Assembly (NCBI GenBank): GCA_020536535.1
Contig: JAHLWZ010000133.1
Location: forward strand, 1 to 44,092
Origin: Pelomyxa schiedti
Lineage: Eukaryota > Protista > Evosea
Length of the DNA: 44,092 nucleotides
Reading direction: 5' to 3'
Shown here: piece by piece, positions 10,637 through 22,716 of the stretch
Position numbering within the stretch: the stretch's first letter is position 1
Layout of the letters: each line of letters begins with the position of its first letter
Notes under the pieces: generated by a model
What the model was told of the DNA's origin: nothing
Seen by the model: the letters and a program-made list of their open reading frames with translations, nothing else
The model's database searches: none
Position numbers and translations under genes: made by a program

Positions 10637-12863
10637 CTACGACGAAAAGAGGTGGTTGGTGCGTATGTAGTCGGCGACGTGTGGGTCGATGAATGGGCTG
10701 GTGTCGCCGCCGGTCGCGATGAGATGCCGTACGTGGGTGGAACTGACGTCAGGCAGAGGTGTGCCACCACAGGCAATTGCAACTCGTGTGGGGTGACGAG
10801 AAACAAGCCTCTCTGCCCCGATCTCGGTTGCATTGTAGCCTTCTCTGGCAACACAGAGGCAGGATATTTCTTTGCTGCAAGAATCAAATACTCCTGCAAC
10901 ACTCGGGAAGACATCTATCCCACACACGTATATAACAAGGAACCGGTGCGCGTGCTCTGGAAATGCATCGCGCAACGTGGATAATAGATGTTCAGAAACA
11001 GTATCACAACAAATTTCCATGTATTGGTTGCACTCCCACCTGGAATATTGACGTGAATTACCTTTGTGGAAAAGGAATCTTTACTTGTCACATGATATCC
11101 ATTCATGGCCACTGGTAGCAATATCACACATCTTACATCTGTGTTGGGCACTGGCTCTCTCCTCCTCAAGTCTGAACTTTTTGGCTATATACTTATCATG
11201 AGATGGGGATATGAAACCTCCGACCACAGATAGTCCAGGGCTCCCTTCCAAATGTATCTTGGCAATCTCCATAAGTTGAAGGTGCATGATGTGAGGAGGG
11301 TTAAATGATCCAGTTGTAAGAAGAACTGCAAGTTTGTGATCTGGATGTACTGCGTGTGCGTGTAGCAGTGCCGATATCTTGGTTAATGGAGTTGTTGCAA
11401 GAACATTGTCGCATTCAGATGTGCAGTCTAACAATCGACTTTGATTATGATCTGTTGGTAAATCAAAGGCAATCTTCCTGCATCTCTTGGAGAGAACAGA
11501 GGCATGAAACTGGGATATTAAAAGCGAGGTTTCCACGAAAGAACGGGAGGTTTTTATCAATGGAAGGTATTTTATATGTGAAGCTAGAGATTGAAGCTTA
11601 AACAGCCTGAATAAAAATCAGAGGGGCACCATCTTATGTTTTATACCAATACTGGGACATCAACGGATTGATGAAAAGAGTTGTTCCTTCTGTTCTTTTT
11701 GTTGGGTGGTAATCCCCAAAATGCCCATCCATCGATGCAATAATTGAAGAGCACACCTAAAATACTTAGGGGAAAAAACGGTGAAATAAGTGGCTACAAT
11801 TGAAGGTTGCATGTGGGATGATGCATAATCGTGCGCAGCTCTGAAAGCGCTACCCTCTACTGTGTCTCCCAAAACACTACTACAAGCTAGCAAACCCCCA
11901 TCTTTGATGAGTGTGGCAATATTTTCCAGAACAAGTGTATGAGAAACCGTAAGTTCCACGCCAAACCCGATGGCAGCAAGTGATTTATGCTCATTTGGGA
12001 TACTATCAAGAGTCCAGACAGCCGCAATTGAACTCATATCTATCATGTTGAGTTAGAAGGAGCGCAATACTAACCCAGCATTTGCAATCACCTTCTGCAG
12101 GGGTTCCAAGGTCATCTTCATCTCCAAAGCAAAGGGAGTCTGTTCCACCATCTACCAGCATAATATGGGTAATGCCAAGAGCCGGCACTAAAGCATTTAA
12201 ACTTTCTCGAAGCTGAACAACGCCATTTCGTTTGAAGCAATACACCGGGCAGTGGATCCCCTGGGAATTTTGAGTTGAGAATATCTGCTAGGAATTCGTA
12301 CTTGCTTTTCGAGCCAGCAAGACAAGTGATACTCTGGAAAATACCCGCCATCAGCAAGGGGTGATGCACGATCTACTTTCCCCCTTAAATCGTGCCCCAT
12401 ACGCTCCGCCTTTTTGTACAGCGAAATGGCTGTAGTGAAGTCTCCCTGGGCCTCTGCAGCAGAAGCCTGTTCAAAGAGATCCTCAGCCTGCTGTGTAGTT
12501 TCTCTTAGGCAGATCAATTACAAAGCTGTAGCAGCTCCATTTTTTTTTTAAATCAGGTTGTAAATACTTGTAGTTCTCGGGGTGCAAGAGCGTAGACGAA
12601 GGCGTCACCTCCACACAATCGCCGAATCTACGGCCGGTCACTTCGTCGACCAAGGAGAAACTGAGCGATCCCAAAACAACGCCAAAAGCGGATGTCGCAT
12701 TTTGAGACCGCGCCTCCATGGCTCTGTACACCATAGGCAGTGCACAAAACACGTCATAGCCGCCACCACAGCCCATAGCCAGAACCACAGGATGTTGTCG
12801 TGCCGCAGTCGTACTGCCGTCGCCAGGGGTGCTACAACACGCACGTAGGAGTAGATTCTCCAT
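10637..12863 (-). CDS. DUF1152-family domain fused to an NMNAT/NadD-like nucleotidyltransferase
   Basis: N-part: MGCGGGYDVFCALP, GSLSFS, YFPEYHLSCWL, LVDGGTDSL..GTPAEDMSSIAAV, GFGVE, GHFGDYH..INPLMSQYW. C-part: TGSFNPPHIMH, GGFISPSHDKY, CDKWE, VCGID, DVSSTHVR. Joined in frame across a 40-nt GT-AG intron (11646-11607). Confidence 0.8.
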
Positions 12864-13015
12864 CAGACACGAGCGCCTTGATTTTGATTCGCCGACGAAC
12901 AACGCCCAGTATTTCACAGGCTACGGTGATCTAAGTTCCCTGCAAACCTGATGTCCATCAAACGAGATTTGGAAAACGAAAAGGTGTTTCACAAAACAAA
13001 GAAAAATCATCGCAG

Positions 13016-14320
13016 ATGCGGATGCGGTTGGGGCTCGTACTGGTGGGTGTTGTGCTGGGGTGCGAATACAGGCCGACAGTACTGTGGCATGGAATGGGGG
13101 ATAGTTGTTGCGATCCTTTGAGGTGATTATATCGTGAACGTTAAATTGTACTAATACGCTCTTTTGTGTAGTTTGGGAAAAATACAACGAGAGATCGAGT
13201 CCGCTTTACCTGGCATTTATGTGTACAGGTATTAGTCGTGATTGTTTTTCCACCTAGTTCCTCACGCTGTTGAAGTATTGAAATAGGAGAGTCTACTATT
13301 GAAGACATGATGAATTCTTTTTTCATGAATTCCAACGACCAAATTGACACTGTTTGCGCACTCTTGAAAAATGACACTCGTCTTCAAAATGGTTTCAACG
13401 CTGTCGGTTTTTCCCAGGTAAGTCGTTGAAGAAAAGGAAAGATATTTTTACTTGCCGGATAGGGAGGGCAATTCCTGCGCGCATACGTAGAGAGATGCAA
13501 CGATCCTCCTGTATTCAACCTAGTAACTCTTGGTGGGCAACATCAAGGAGTTTTTGGATATCCTGGCTGCCCAATGGACTATGACCCAAAGTACGTGATT
13601 ACTTTTTGTACTCTTGATTCACTAAAAGAAGGGTATGCGAACTTCTACGACGCCTCATGGATCTTGGAGCTTATTTGCCTTTTGTACAAGAGCACTTGGT
13701 GCGTTTGTTTTTTTACAGCTTCCTCCTCACCATCGGTAGGCCCAGGCGAACTATTGGCATGACCCTTACCTCGACTTGTACATTGACGGTTGCACGTTCC
13801 TTCCGTATATTAACAATGAACCCTCATTGGCGAGCAATCCAAATGCTCAGCAGAACAAAGAACACATGCTAACTCTGAACAATTTCGTCATGGTTTTGTT
13901 TGAGAACGATTCAGGTTAGATGGTGGTGGCTATTTTTTTCCTCTTATTTTTTTTCCCAGTTGTCATCCCTCGGGAATCTGAGGTTGGATCCTCTCAAAGA
14001 AAACCGATTTAACAATTATAGTGGTTTGGATTTTACGCAAATGGTGAAGACTCTGAGGTTATCCCCCTCCGTGAAACGGACCTGTACATAGAGGTACCAG
14101 TGAAACTCACCTCTACTGGACTAACGTCAAAATAGGATTGGCTTGGCCTTCAAACCCTGGATAAGGTTATTTCCCAAATACCAATCTTTTTAACTTTTAC
14201 ACGCAACAGGAAGGAAAACTCATAGAGCTATCAACTGAAGGAGACCACCTCGACTTTACACTGGAATGGTTTGATGACACCATCATTTACCCTTATTTGA
14301 ACAACACCCTTCCGTGCTGA
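13016..14320 (+). CDS. PPT1: Palmitoyl-protein thioesterase 1 (secreted/lysosomal)
   Basis: Signal-like N-terminus, then [60 protein letters not shown]; stop at 14320. Confidence 0.95.
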
Positions 14321-14389
14321 AACAACACCCAAACTAGTCCAAAGGAACACCGGAAAAAAGGAACAACGTTTTTTTTGGTTTTTTTGTGA

Positions 14390-15775
14390 ATGAGCCCCCT
14401 CATGCTCAGCTGTGAGCTCCTTGCTGTTTGTTTGGTTTTTGGCTTGGCAGGCGCACTGGAATGGGGTCTCGTGACAGGTGGAATGTATGCTGATGGGGAA
14501 CAGTCCTTTGAAACCAACCTCGACAACATAATGTGCGAGTATCAGCAGCTTGGTGTCAATTGGATCAGGTACTTTACTCTGGCAAGGGAGCATCCACATT
14601 GACTTGTTTTCTAGAATTGAGAGCGACTGGTATGGAACCCCTGATTATGTGTATCAGAACATTATCTCGAGTGCACATGCAAGAGGAATCAAAGTGAATG
14701 TAATAGTTGCTACTCGCTATTGTGGGTCGGACACTGACACTGCTGCAATAGACGCGTGGATAAACACGTAACATACTGTTTCTATCCTTTGTTTCTACCT
14801 CACACTATTCTAGGTACATTGAACACCTCAATTCAACCATCATTAGTGTGTTTTCTGGTGTGGATTCCATTGAACTTGCAAACGAACCCAACATCGAAGA
14901 AGATGGTTGTGGTGACGGTGTTTCGCGGTTCCGTGTTAGTCCCAATGCCTTTGCATGGCTTTGCCGGCGGGTTATGCAGTGGAAGGCCGCAAGTTCGAGG
15001 TTTCTAGTCTGACATATTTATTCATGAAGTTCAATGTGTTTTTTGCACAGACCGGAATTGATTGTCAGTGGCGGTATACTTAACACCTACACAACAGAAT
15101 CATTTTGGCCTACATTCTTTGCATCTGGAGCTTTTTTCAGTTACCCAGGTGAGTTACCGTATGACTTGTTTGGCATTCATCCATACGACGTGTGGGATCT
15201 GGACCAGGTACTCAGTGAAGAATAAAAAAGCCTTCCCGTTAACGGCCCCATAGACATGTATAAATACAGGAAGTACAAATTGCTTCTCTAGTTGGCAGTC
15301 ATCAGTAACTGCAGGCCTGAAAAGCATTATCGCGCAACTTGATACAGCAACAAGTAATCATTATCCCCGTTCTTGATGAACTAACTCCAGCTCTTGCAAG
15401 AAACAACCACTACGCGCATGTTCGTGACTGAAGTCGGATTCCAGGAACCACTGAATGGGTACTCCTGCACCAGCAACTGCAATTGTGTTCTTAATGACCA
15501 GCAACAGGCGGCTGGAATGAAAGCTGCATGGACAGGTCTGTCCACCTTCATCTTTCCACTTCCTGTAAAAACAACCAATCCACAATACAGCAATCAGTGC
15601 CAGTGGGTGTACAAACACAGCACTGTGGTATGACTACCGTGATGACTCTGCAGAGAAATTCGGGCTACGAGGAGTCTGGGACGGTAGTAGTTATCCCGCC
15701 AAGCAGGATGTATGGTATGCCTTCTGTTCCCTAGCAGCAGGTTCAGCTTGCAACTATCCCCAACAATGCTGGTGA
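14390..15775 (+). CDS. Secreted clan GH-A (TIM-barrel) glycoside hydrolase, family uncertain (GH5/GH39-like)
   Basis: Hydrophobic signal peptide, LGVNWIR, IELANEP (acid/base), FGIHPY, FVTEVG (nucleophile), WYDYRD..FGL; stop at 15775. Confidence 0.8.
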
Positions 15776-15865
15776 TAACAGATGGCCGTGTGTGGGAAAA
15801 AAAAAGCCTCTTTGTCCCGCAGTTGCACGGCAATATTGCCTCTTGTCCAAATTACGTGCGCCGAC

Positions 15866-18645
15866 ATGGGCGACACCGATACTGCGATGCGCCGTGGGGC
15901 GTCGGCGACGGCGGGTTACCGAGTGGGTAATCCCGTCCAACTTGTGAGGGACGACGCATCCGATTCCGACGACGACTACATTCCACTCATGCAAGCGCCT
16001 GCCGCCCCCACCACAACCACAACCACAACCACAACCGCAACCGCAACCGCAACTACAACCACAACCCATCATCCCGACGTGCACGGGGAACCGAAAGCCG
16101 ACGATGCTTCCTGCAGCACCAGCGACGACGAACTGCCACGTGAAGCCAACCTCCAATCACCTCCCGCTCAACACCTACCAAATCAGCTCACACCCGACGA
16201 CGCAACGGCGAATGCAACTGGTGACGCTTCTGCTGTAGAAGCCACTGCCGAGAATGAGGCCAGTGATGTCAATTCTACTGCTGCTGGTTGTCACCGCGAC
16301 GATGTGGACAATGGTGCGCCCCCTGTTGATGCTGCGAATGAGGCACCAACCGCGGCCGCAACAGCCGCGGTAACTAGTGCGATGCCCGTTGCTATCAACA
16401 CAACAACTGGCGACGGCGGTGTTCTGAGTGGTTCTAGTGCAACGTGTGACGTCCAGAGTGACGATGAGGGACTGGCCCCTGGGATGGAAGAAGGCTTTAT
16501 TGCCTTAACTGCGTACCAGTCTGTGTGCAATGCTTCATTGGCAAAGCAGCGAAACCAACGAAGGGGCCCCAGGAGACCCTTGCTTGGTGGTGGAGAGAGT
16601 TGTTTAGACATTATTGAAGACAGGCGTCCTGATGGCCTATCCACAAAGCCGTGGACTGAAAACCCAGGGAAAATCGATGGCAATAGAATTCGTTTGGACC
16701 CCGGTGAGGCATGACATCCGTTCCATCCTTAGTGCTCTCACATTGCAAATCGCAGGAACTTATTGTGTCGGGGTCTTGCCAATTGCGCGTGGAGAGTGGT
16801 GCATGTGTCGAACTTTTTGGTGCAACAATGCACCCGTCGGAACAATTCTTCAAGCTGTACCTCCCTTATCCCTCCCCAAGCACAGGCATATTGGTACCGA
16901 ACCCGTTTCCCATTTGAAAGTACTAAGTCACAGTATGAAATTTCAAGTTTTCAAAAGAGGGGAGCAAAAGGAAAGCAGCTTGGCTTGAGATAAGGTCGCT
17001 TGACGGACCTCCACCACACCCAGATGCCTTTAAGGAGCTACCCCCAGAAGCAGATATTTTGAAAACTATATGTGGATTAAGCATTGTAATGTGCTCATAC
17101 TATAGCTTGCATTCAATGAAATCGTCTCACATTAAGTAACCAAAAGATAGCACCTGAATCGAAAACCGCTCAAGAGAGACTTGTGGTTCCCCCTGGATGG
17201 AGAACAACAGCGTTAGACATTACTAATGACGAAAGGAAAGGCGTGAGAACTTCTGTTGTTGTTATTGGTGATGCAGATACGGGCAAGTCAACTTTTTGCC
17301 GCTATATAACCAATGTTCTGCTCGAGAAGTAAGGCGAATTCAGAATTCAGTCAGTTTAAACGTTACGTGATAGGTACCCAGAAGTTGGTTTCATGGATCT
17401 GGACTGCGGGCAACCAGAATTTGGTCCTGCCACTCTTATTTCGTATCATACAGTAGAAACACCTGTGTTTGGTAACTGCAAATGTTAGTGTCATATTTAA
17501 CAGTCTTAGGCCCACCCTTTTGTCACCTTCAGCCACCAGAAATGTAGACTAAAACTATGTTGTATGACCGCTAACTCATACTGTAACAGTGCATTCTTTA
17601 TTGGTGATACATCTCCTGGGTCAGATCCTGATCACTATCTCAACTGTGCACAAAATCTAATATTATGGCACAATAAAAATGTACCTTGCACACGCCCTCT
17701 GGTTGTGAATATGAATGGCTGGATTCACGGTATTGTACCTTGCTCCATGAACCCTTTAACATGACTCACCTCTCCTACAGGTGTGGGAGTTCAAATATTG
17801 AAACTGCTCCTCAATTGGCTTCAACCTTCGCATATTGTCCAACTTAACATTGTTCCGAAATTGGTTGGAGGAGTCATTGATGAGTTAGACACTACAAAAC
17901 ACTTCTTAGAAAATGAGTTCGCCAAACCCAAGGGGTAATTCTACGCTTCTCTCTGGCCAATGTTAATATTTGGCAGGCAAATGTTTGGTATGGCTAGAGC
18001 ACGGCGAGAACTACAGGCCATATGTTATTTTGAATGGAACGCTGTAGGCGTCTCCAGGCAAATACCTTACTTAATTCAGTGGTCAGCTCTCGCCATCTCT
18101 TTCCAGGGTATTCAGGTACAGAAATACAGTCAAGGGTGTGACTCACTTCTCTCAGGTTCCTCCAAGCCAGGCGTTTTACGCACTTAACGGGTCAATTGTT
18201 GGTCTATGCGTAGCCCCAGATACAATGACTTTTGTGCAGCGAAATACACCAGCAGTTCGCACTGATTTCCCTACTTTCATTGTTGGCTCTCCTGTGCCTT
18301 TCCCTTGTGTTGGACTCGGTATTCCTTCTTTCCCCATCCTTGTGCCACTCATTCTCACCCAGGGATAATCCGAGAAATTGATATGGTCAAGAAAAGGTTC
18401 TATGTGGTCACTCCAGTCTCACCAGACCACCTCAAATGGGTCAATGTCATTGTAAAGGGCTATCCCTTTGAAGGACCAACTGGAATTGGTGTTATCTACT
18501 CACCCGAAAAGGTATTACTCTTTTGCGTCATGGCAAATTCAAATCCCTTCATTAGGGAACCCTGGTTAGTGCACCTTACTATGTTTGGGGCTCACTCCCT
18601 GGCCCTCTCACTTTCTCTCTTTCTGAAAAATTATCTGATCTTTAA
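15866..18645 (+). CDS. NOL9: Polynucleotide 5'-hydroxyl kinase NOL9/Grc3 (Clp1 family); 3' end approximate
   Basis: GDADTGKSTF P-loop, FMDLDCGQPEFGP, FIGDTSP, PLVVNMNGWIHG, CVGLGIIREID..FYVVTP; long low-complexity N-terminus. Confidence 0.9.
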
Positions 18646-18753
18646 TGAATCCCTGAAGAAGGGACCTAAAGAAAAACATGGCACTCTTCCCTTTTTTTTG
18701 TTGTTGTATGTATTACAGACAATGTGGGAGTATGGAATCTGTCCACTTTTCCA

Positions 18754-19395
18754 TCACAGAAGCCTCTCCCAGCACACACTAGACAAGTCGTTATTGTTGT
18801 TGAGGGAGATTGGCAGCCGAGGGGGTGGTGGCAGTGGCTCAGGCACGGTCTCCTCGTCCATCAGTGAGACAGGGGGCGACGGTGTGGCTGATCCCTGTAT
18901 GCCGCTGCCGCTGTTGTGGCTTGTGCTGCTTGCCGACGTGATCACGTCGATGGAGCCCCCGCTGCTGTCGACTGCGAGCCGCATGGTGGTGCCGTTGAAC
19001 ATGTAGACACGCGCCCCTGTGATTACAACCCCGTTGCCGGGTTTGAGCTGGTCCACTTGTTCTTTGGGTGGGGGGGGTTAGCGTCGTTCAGCCGTAACGT
19101 AATGGGGAGATGGGAGATTGCAGAGGCTGGCCCACGCACCATTCCTGGCGGACATTGTTATACAGCCGGTTTCATCGCCTACAACGACCTCGGCGACCTT
19201 TGTCCGTGTGCCACTAAGCAGGCCCACGCCGGTAGTGGCGGTGGGCACCCTCTCAGCGTTGACTAGGGTCCGGCCGACCAGGCACGCAACAGTCACGCCG
19301 CGGGACGTGGGCGTGAGCTCTGCCACTTTGATTGGAGCCACACGCTTACTAAGTGCCGCTCCCGGCCTCGTTCGGCTCGCCGTCCCGCTAGCCAT
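18754..19395 (-). CDS. Single OB-fold nucleic-acid-binding protein (At4g28440-like)
   Basis: KVAELTPTSRG..VAEVVVGDETGCITMSARN, intron, then QVDQLKPGNGVVITGARVYMFNGTTMRLAVD. Confidence 0.85.
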
Positions 19396-19478
19396 TCGTT
19401 GTCTTGTATTTAGATCTCCTCGCGCTTCTGCACAAAAAAAGGAAAGAAGTTCTTTTCCCGTTGGTGGGTGCTTGTGGT

Positions 19479-22464
19479 TCACATGACAGAGCAATTGCTT
19501 GGGGGCGGGGCTGTGGGTTTGGTTGGCGCTTTGTTTACGTTTACGTCTGTTTCTGCCTTTACTTTAAGCCATAGTACTTGGGCTACCCGGTAAAACAGCA
19601 GATCTATGTTGGCACCAGTTTTGGAACTCACCTCAAGGTACTCACGCTTTCCAAATGGCTTTTGGATGGGATCCACACGGTTTAAAGTGGCCGCTGCCTG
19701 TGTGTCTATTACAAGTTGTGGATGTGGTAGAATAAAATACCTCCTCATACGCTACTTCTCTCTTTGCTGTGAGGTCACTCTTTGTTCCCACATAAAATAC
19801 ATTGACATCTTCTCGTCCATACCGCTCAATTTCCTTATAACTCATCAAAAGCGTGAGGGACAACTCGGATTTCTACCGTGTCCCAGGTGCGCATGTGTTC
19901 ATAAGTGTCCCTTTTCGTTACATCATAAACCACAATGATGGCATTTGCCCCACGGTAATATGCAGAGGAGTTGTGGTGTCTAAATCTTAACCCAATTAGA
20001 AAAGAAGACTGTTTGAAGATGTAAATGCCTTTCCTCATGTGTATCCCAGATCTGAAGCTTTATTCTCTGGTTCTATGTGATTAATTTCATTTAAAAAATG
20101 AGAACTACCTCGCCATACATCTCTACAGTTCTGCAGAATTAGAGAAAAAAAAAAACTTAGTGCTTTCACAACAATAGAACAACATGAGATAGAGTACAAA
20201 CTTGATCTAAACAGAGAACATTATTATACGATTTCAGTGAAGAGATTATACCTTAAAATCAATTCCGATTGTATATACGTATGTCTCTGTGAATATATCA
20301 TCTGCGAATCTGTTGGACGGTTGTTAAAAAAAAAATTGGAGGAAAAAGGTGCCACCTTGTTATAATGCTGGACTTTCCAACTGAAGAATCACCAATAAGA
20401 ACAACCTGGCACAAGTGAGAATGAAGGAAATAGTCCCGAAATTAAGTACTTTGAGAAGTTTGTGGTAGTCCCTCCCAGATGGGTCACTAACTGGGATAGA
20501 TGGTACAGCACGAGCAGCCTCTATTTCTTTTCTCACAGTAATCAGGCGATACTCCATTGCTTTGCATGATAGAAATTGGGACTGATTTTTAATTAGAAGT
20601 TTCGCAATACACTAGACGCACTTTCTCCAATCTGTGGGTAATCCAGTATTCATCGGAGGCAATAACTGTTCTAGAAATATGACACAAATTCTTGCATACA
20701 CGTTGTAAACGAAATAGATCTTGTGGTGGGAGCAAACTCAAAATGTATACAACAACTTCAACAGGTATGCGAAGAATATGCTGCAGGAAAAATGAGTTGC
20801 AGGCAGAAAAAAAAAAAACCCGACACACGATGGAGAGTGCATCTAGCATGGCAGGCGGGTATTTCAATGACGTGGCCAACTCAAGAACGGTTTGGCCATC
20901 AGGGCCTGCCACCTGGTATTCTATTACAACAGATTTAATTTACAATGAAGGCTACGTTAGGGTCAGCTCCAGCTTTTAATAAAGCTCCCGCAATCTCACT
21001 ACTACAACCATTGCTTAGAGCCCATATGAGGATTCCCAAGCCTTTTACATTGATGGAATTCAGTGTAGATTGTACAGAATTAATGGAAAGCAGCTCGTTC
21101 ACCGCAACAATATTTTTTGCCAGTATCGCGGTAGTGAGAGGATAAAACCCTAGGAGGCATGAATAACCTACCGGCTGAGATCTGGAGAGTGTACCTGAGA
21201 AGTTACATTCAGCAGCTGAGTCTTCATTTCCCATGACAAGCTGCTGGAAGACACCTCGGTAAAGTGCTTCATCCATAATATCTTTAATCCTGCACATCAA
21301 GTAAACTGCAGAATTTCCAGTGTCTGTTTGGACTGCAGAGGCATCAGCACCACAAGAAAGCAAGTAATTTGCCACCTGGTAGGAAAAATGTAAAAACAGG
21401 GGACATTCTGGCTTCTTCATACAACTAATTGCCCGCAAAATATGGAAACAAGGAGAGGTGTACTGCCCATACTATCTGGCATGTTTAAGTTGGCACCATG
21501 AGAAACAAGCCACTTTGCAAGGAAAAGATTTCCAGCATAGCTGGATTTTTTTGGTCAAGTCAAATAAGGAGAATGAGAGTAATAATTGAAAATAATACCT
21601 TGCAGCATGCAGCATTGTCTGGCCCCCAGAGTCAGCCTCGTTAAGGGACAGCTCTCCTCGTGACAAAGCATCATTAATTGCAGCTAGTAACTGCTTATTT
21701 GAGGGGGTTGAGTCACTGTCAGATGGTGGAGCAGCCATAATTTTGCTTATAAGCAAGTCAAATGCTGGTCTTGAGAAGGGCTTGACATAGGCAAACCAGT
21801 ATACCGTTGCTGCTCCTTCCTTATGAATAGTGGGGGTGAAACCTCGAAACAGTTCAAGAGCCATACATTTTGCTTCAACTTCAACCGCAGTGACGTGCGA
21901 GTAACTTCGTAACGAGAAGGTGGGAATTTTTCAGCAATGGGTGGTAGTGTAGTTGAGGTAAATGTAGGGGGCACAGTGGGAGATGGTGATCCCCGTAGAA
22001 CCCATACGGCTACACTGGGAATAGGCGTATCTGCAGGAAACGGAGGATGGAAAAGGAAGTCCTGAAAACCTGCCTTGGTGGTGCTTATGTGAAGCAGGTT
22101 AAAACGCAAAAAGGACATATGTATACTTCAAAGAACGATAACTATTTCTATTATTTTCCAAACAAAACGGGGGAACACCATTGTTTGAGCCCAGTTCTCC
22201 CACTTTGAAACGGTGAATGCGTCCGCGCCTATCCGCTACTCAGTTTCATATTGTCAAACTTGAGGTGACCAAAAAAAAAAGTACAGGAAATGTGCTGAGG
22301 ATCAAATTAACAACACTCAGAGCATCCTTCCTCTGCAAAGTGAGTGCAGTCTTAGCAGCTGCCAACTCAGCTCGCAACCTCACAACTTCTTCAGCTGGAT
22401 CTTCTCCCTCACTACTCCTTGCTGACGACGATGTGGTTGTGGTCGAGACAGTGGTCGTTGTCAT
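19479..22464 (-). CDS. Ankyrin-repeat + F-box + Rab-like GTPase + CaaX fusion protein (start approximate)
   Basis: ANK motifs (GQTMLHAA, GNSAVYLMC, LLKAGADPN); F-box LRIPVEVVVYILSLLPPQDLFRLQRVCK; GTPase VVLIGDSSVGKS, YTIGIDFK, WDTHEERF, YYRGANAIIVVYDVT, GTKSD, EVSSKTG; ends CSVM-stop. Confidence 0.85.
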
Positions 22465-22716
22465 TGGAGGTTTTTTCTTTTTGTTGTTTCGGCTGGGGAG
22501 TTTCGAAGGAGCTCCTTTCCACGAAGGACCTTCACTCAAGAAAAAAGGGGTTCAACAGCATTTGGCTGAGGAATTACCTGGGAGTCCTCACGAGAGCCTC
22601 AGTGTGGTACTCGCCGGAGGATTCCTTATATGCCTGGATGAGTGAGATCCTTCTGAACTGTGTATAAATAGTGTCAGCCTTGATCGACGACGAAGGAAAA
22701 AACAAAAAGATCATCG

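Noticed and set aside
15743-16156. Cys-Gly repeat ORF resembling a metallothionein
   Set aside because: Antisense of the (ACAACC)n Thr/Ala tract in the NOL9 N-terminus.
18305-19266. Long plus-strand ORFs overlapping the NOL9 end and the OB-fold gene
   Set aside because: Composite of a NOL9 exon, read-through intron/UTR sequence and antisense of the OB-fold gene; no independent motif.
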